Part shown: in pieces, positions 63,544 through 64,000 of the stretch | Numbering within the stretch: position 1 is the stretch's first letter | Layout of the letters: every line of letters starts with the position of its first letter | From: Candidatus Babeliales bacterium | Lineage (GTDB): Bacteria; Babelota; Babeliae; Babelales; Vermiphilaceae | Length of the DNA stretch: 64,000 nt | Direction of reading: 5' to 3' | NCBI GenBank assembly: GCA_963743635.1 | Contig: CAVUQO010000003.1 | Span: 736,001 to 800,000, forward strand | Position numbers and translations under genes: made by a program | Notes under the pieces: generated by a model | Database searches by the model: none | Seen by the model: the letters and a program-made list of their open reading frames with translations, nothing else | What the model was told of the DNA's origin: nothing

Positions 63544-64000
63544 TCATTCAAGAATCATATTTTCTAGTGCCTTCTTATAACGATGCTCCGCAAGCGCTTG
63601 CGAGATCCATTCATCTTCATTGCATGCGTATCCCTTTTTGCGGCACCATCTCAAATAGTGCACCGCGAGCGGATTTTCAACGGTTAAACATGCATAAATC
63701 CGTGCATTATTATCATCTGATCCCGTTGCAAGCAGTTCACTATTGGGCGAAAATGCCACTGAACGAACCCAATCACCATGCTTAATGGTATGTAACACTG
63801 CACCCGTAGTAGCCTTGATTATCCGTGCATTCTTATCATCTGATCCCGTTGCAAGCAGTTCACCATCAGGCGAAAATGCCACTGAAATAACCCAATCACC
63901 ATGCTTAATTTCATGTAACACTGCACCCGTAGTAGCCTTGATTATCCGTGCATTCTTATCATCTGATCCCGTTGCAAGCAGTTCACCATCAGGCGAAAAT
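63544..64000 (-). CDS. Fourth array copy, 5' part outside the window
   Basis: At least 3 WD40 repeats visible and the same C-terminus LAVHYLRWCRKKG. Confidence 0.85.
   Translation of the reverse strand, partial: FSPDGELLATGSDDKNARIIKATTGAVLHEIKHGDWVISVAFSPDGELLATGSDDKNARIIKATTGAVLHTIKHGDWVRSVAFSPNSELLATGSDDNNARIYACLTVENPLAVHYLRWCRKKGYACNEDEWISQALAEHRYKKALENMILE

Noticed and set aside
59121..64000. CRISPR array or diversity-generating retroelement
   Set aside because: The repeats are in-frame coding units with no unique spacers; no cas or reverse transcriptase gene is in the window; I saw no template/variable repeat pair.

Overview
Bacterial chromosomal segment whose gene content suggests an intracellular parasite of protists, most like Candidatus Babelota (TM6/Dependentiae); this taxonomy is inferred, not searched. 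Housekeeping genes (ychF, dnaK, galU, carD, miaA, ppiD, recA, infC-rpmI-rplT, zapB/zapA-rny-ymdB, proS, xerD, dnaN-recF, ruvC, dnaB, rplI, lnt, hss) are interleaved with many signal-peptide-bearing, eukaryote-like candidate effectors. The strongest candidate for an undescribed system is a family of secreted proteins fusing a Skp1-like domain to WD40 repeats, resembling a one-chain SCF ubiquitin-ligase adaptor. It includes a tandem array of at least 4 genes whose near-identical repeats vary at a few fixed positions and are shuffled between copies. Other highlights: a secreted protein with a histone H2A/H2A.Z-like N-terminus, an Hc2-like histone protein, effector genes bracketed by orphan copies of neighbouring genes' 3' ends (four ychF tails), a GH1 lacking its acid/base Glu, and REP-like palindromes, one translated in frame in a pseudopilin leader. 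Frameshifts in dnaK, rny, dnaB and rplI are most likely assembly indels. All family assignments come from motif recognition by eye.
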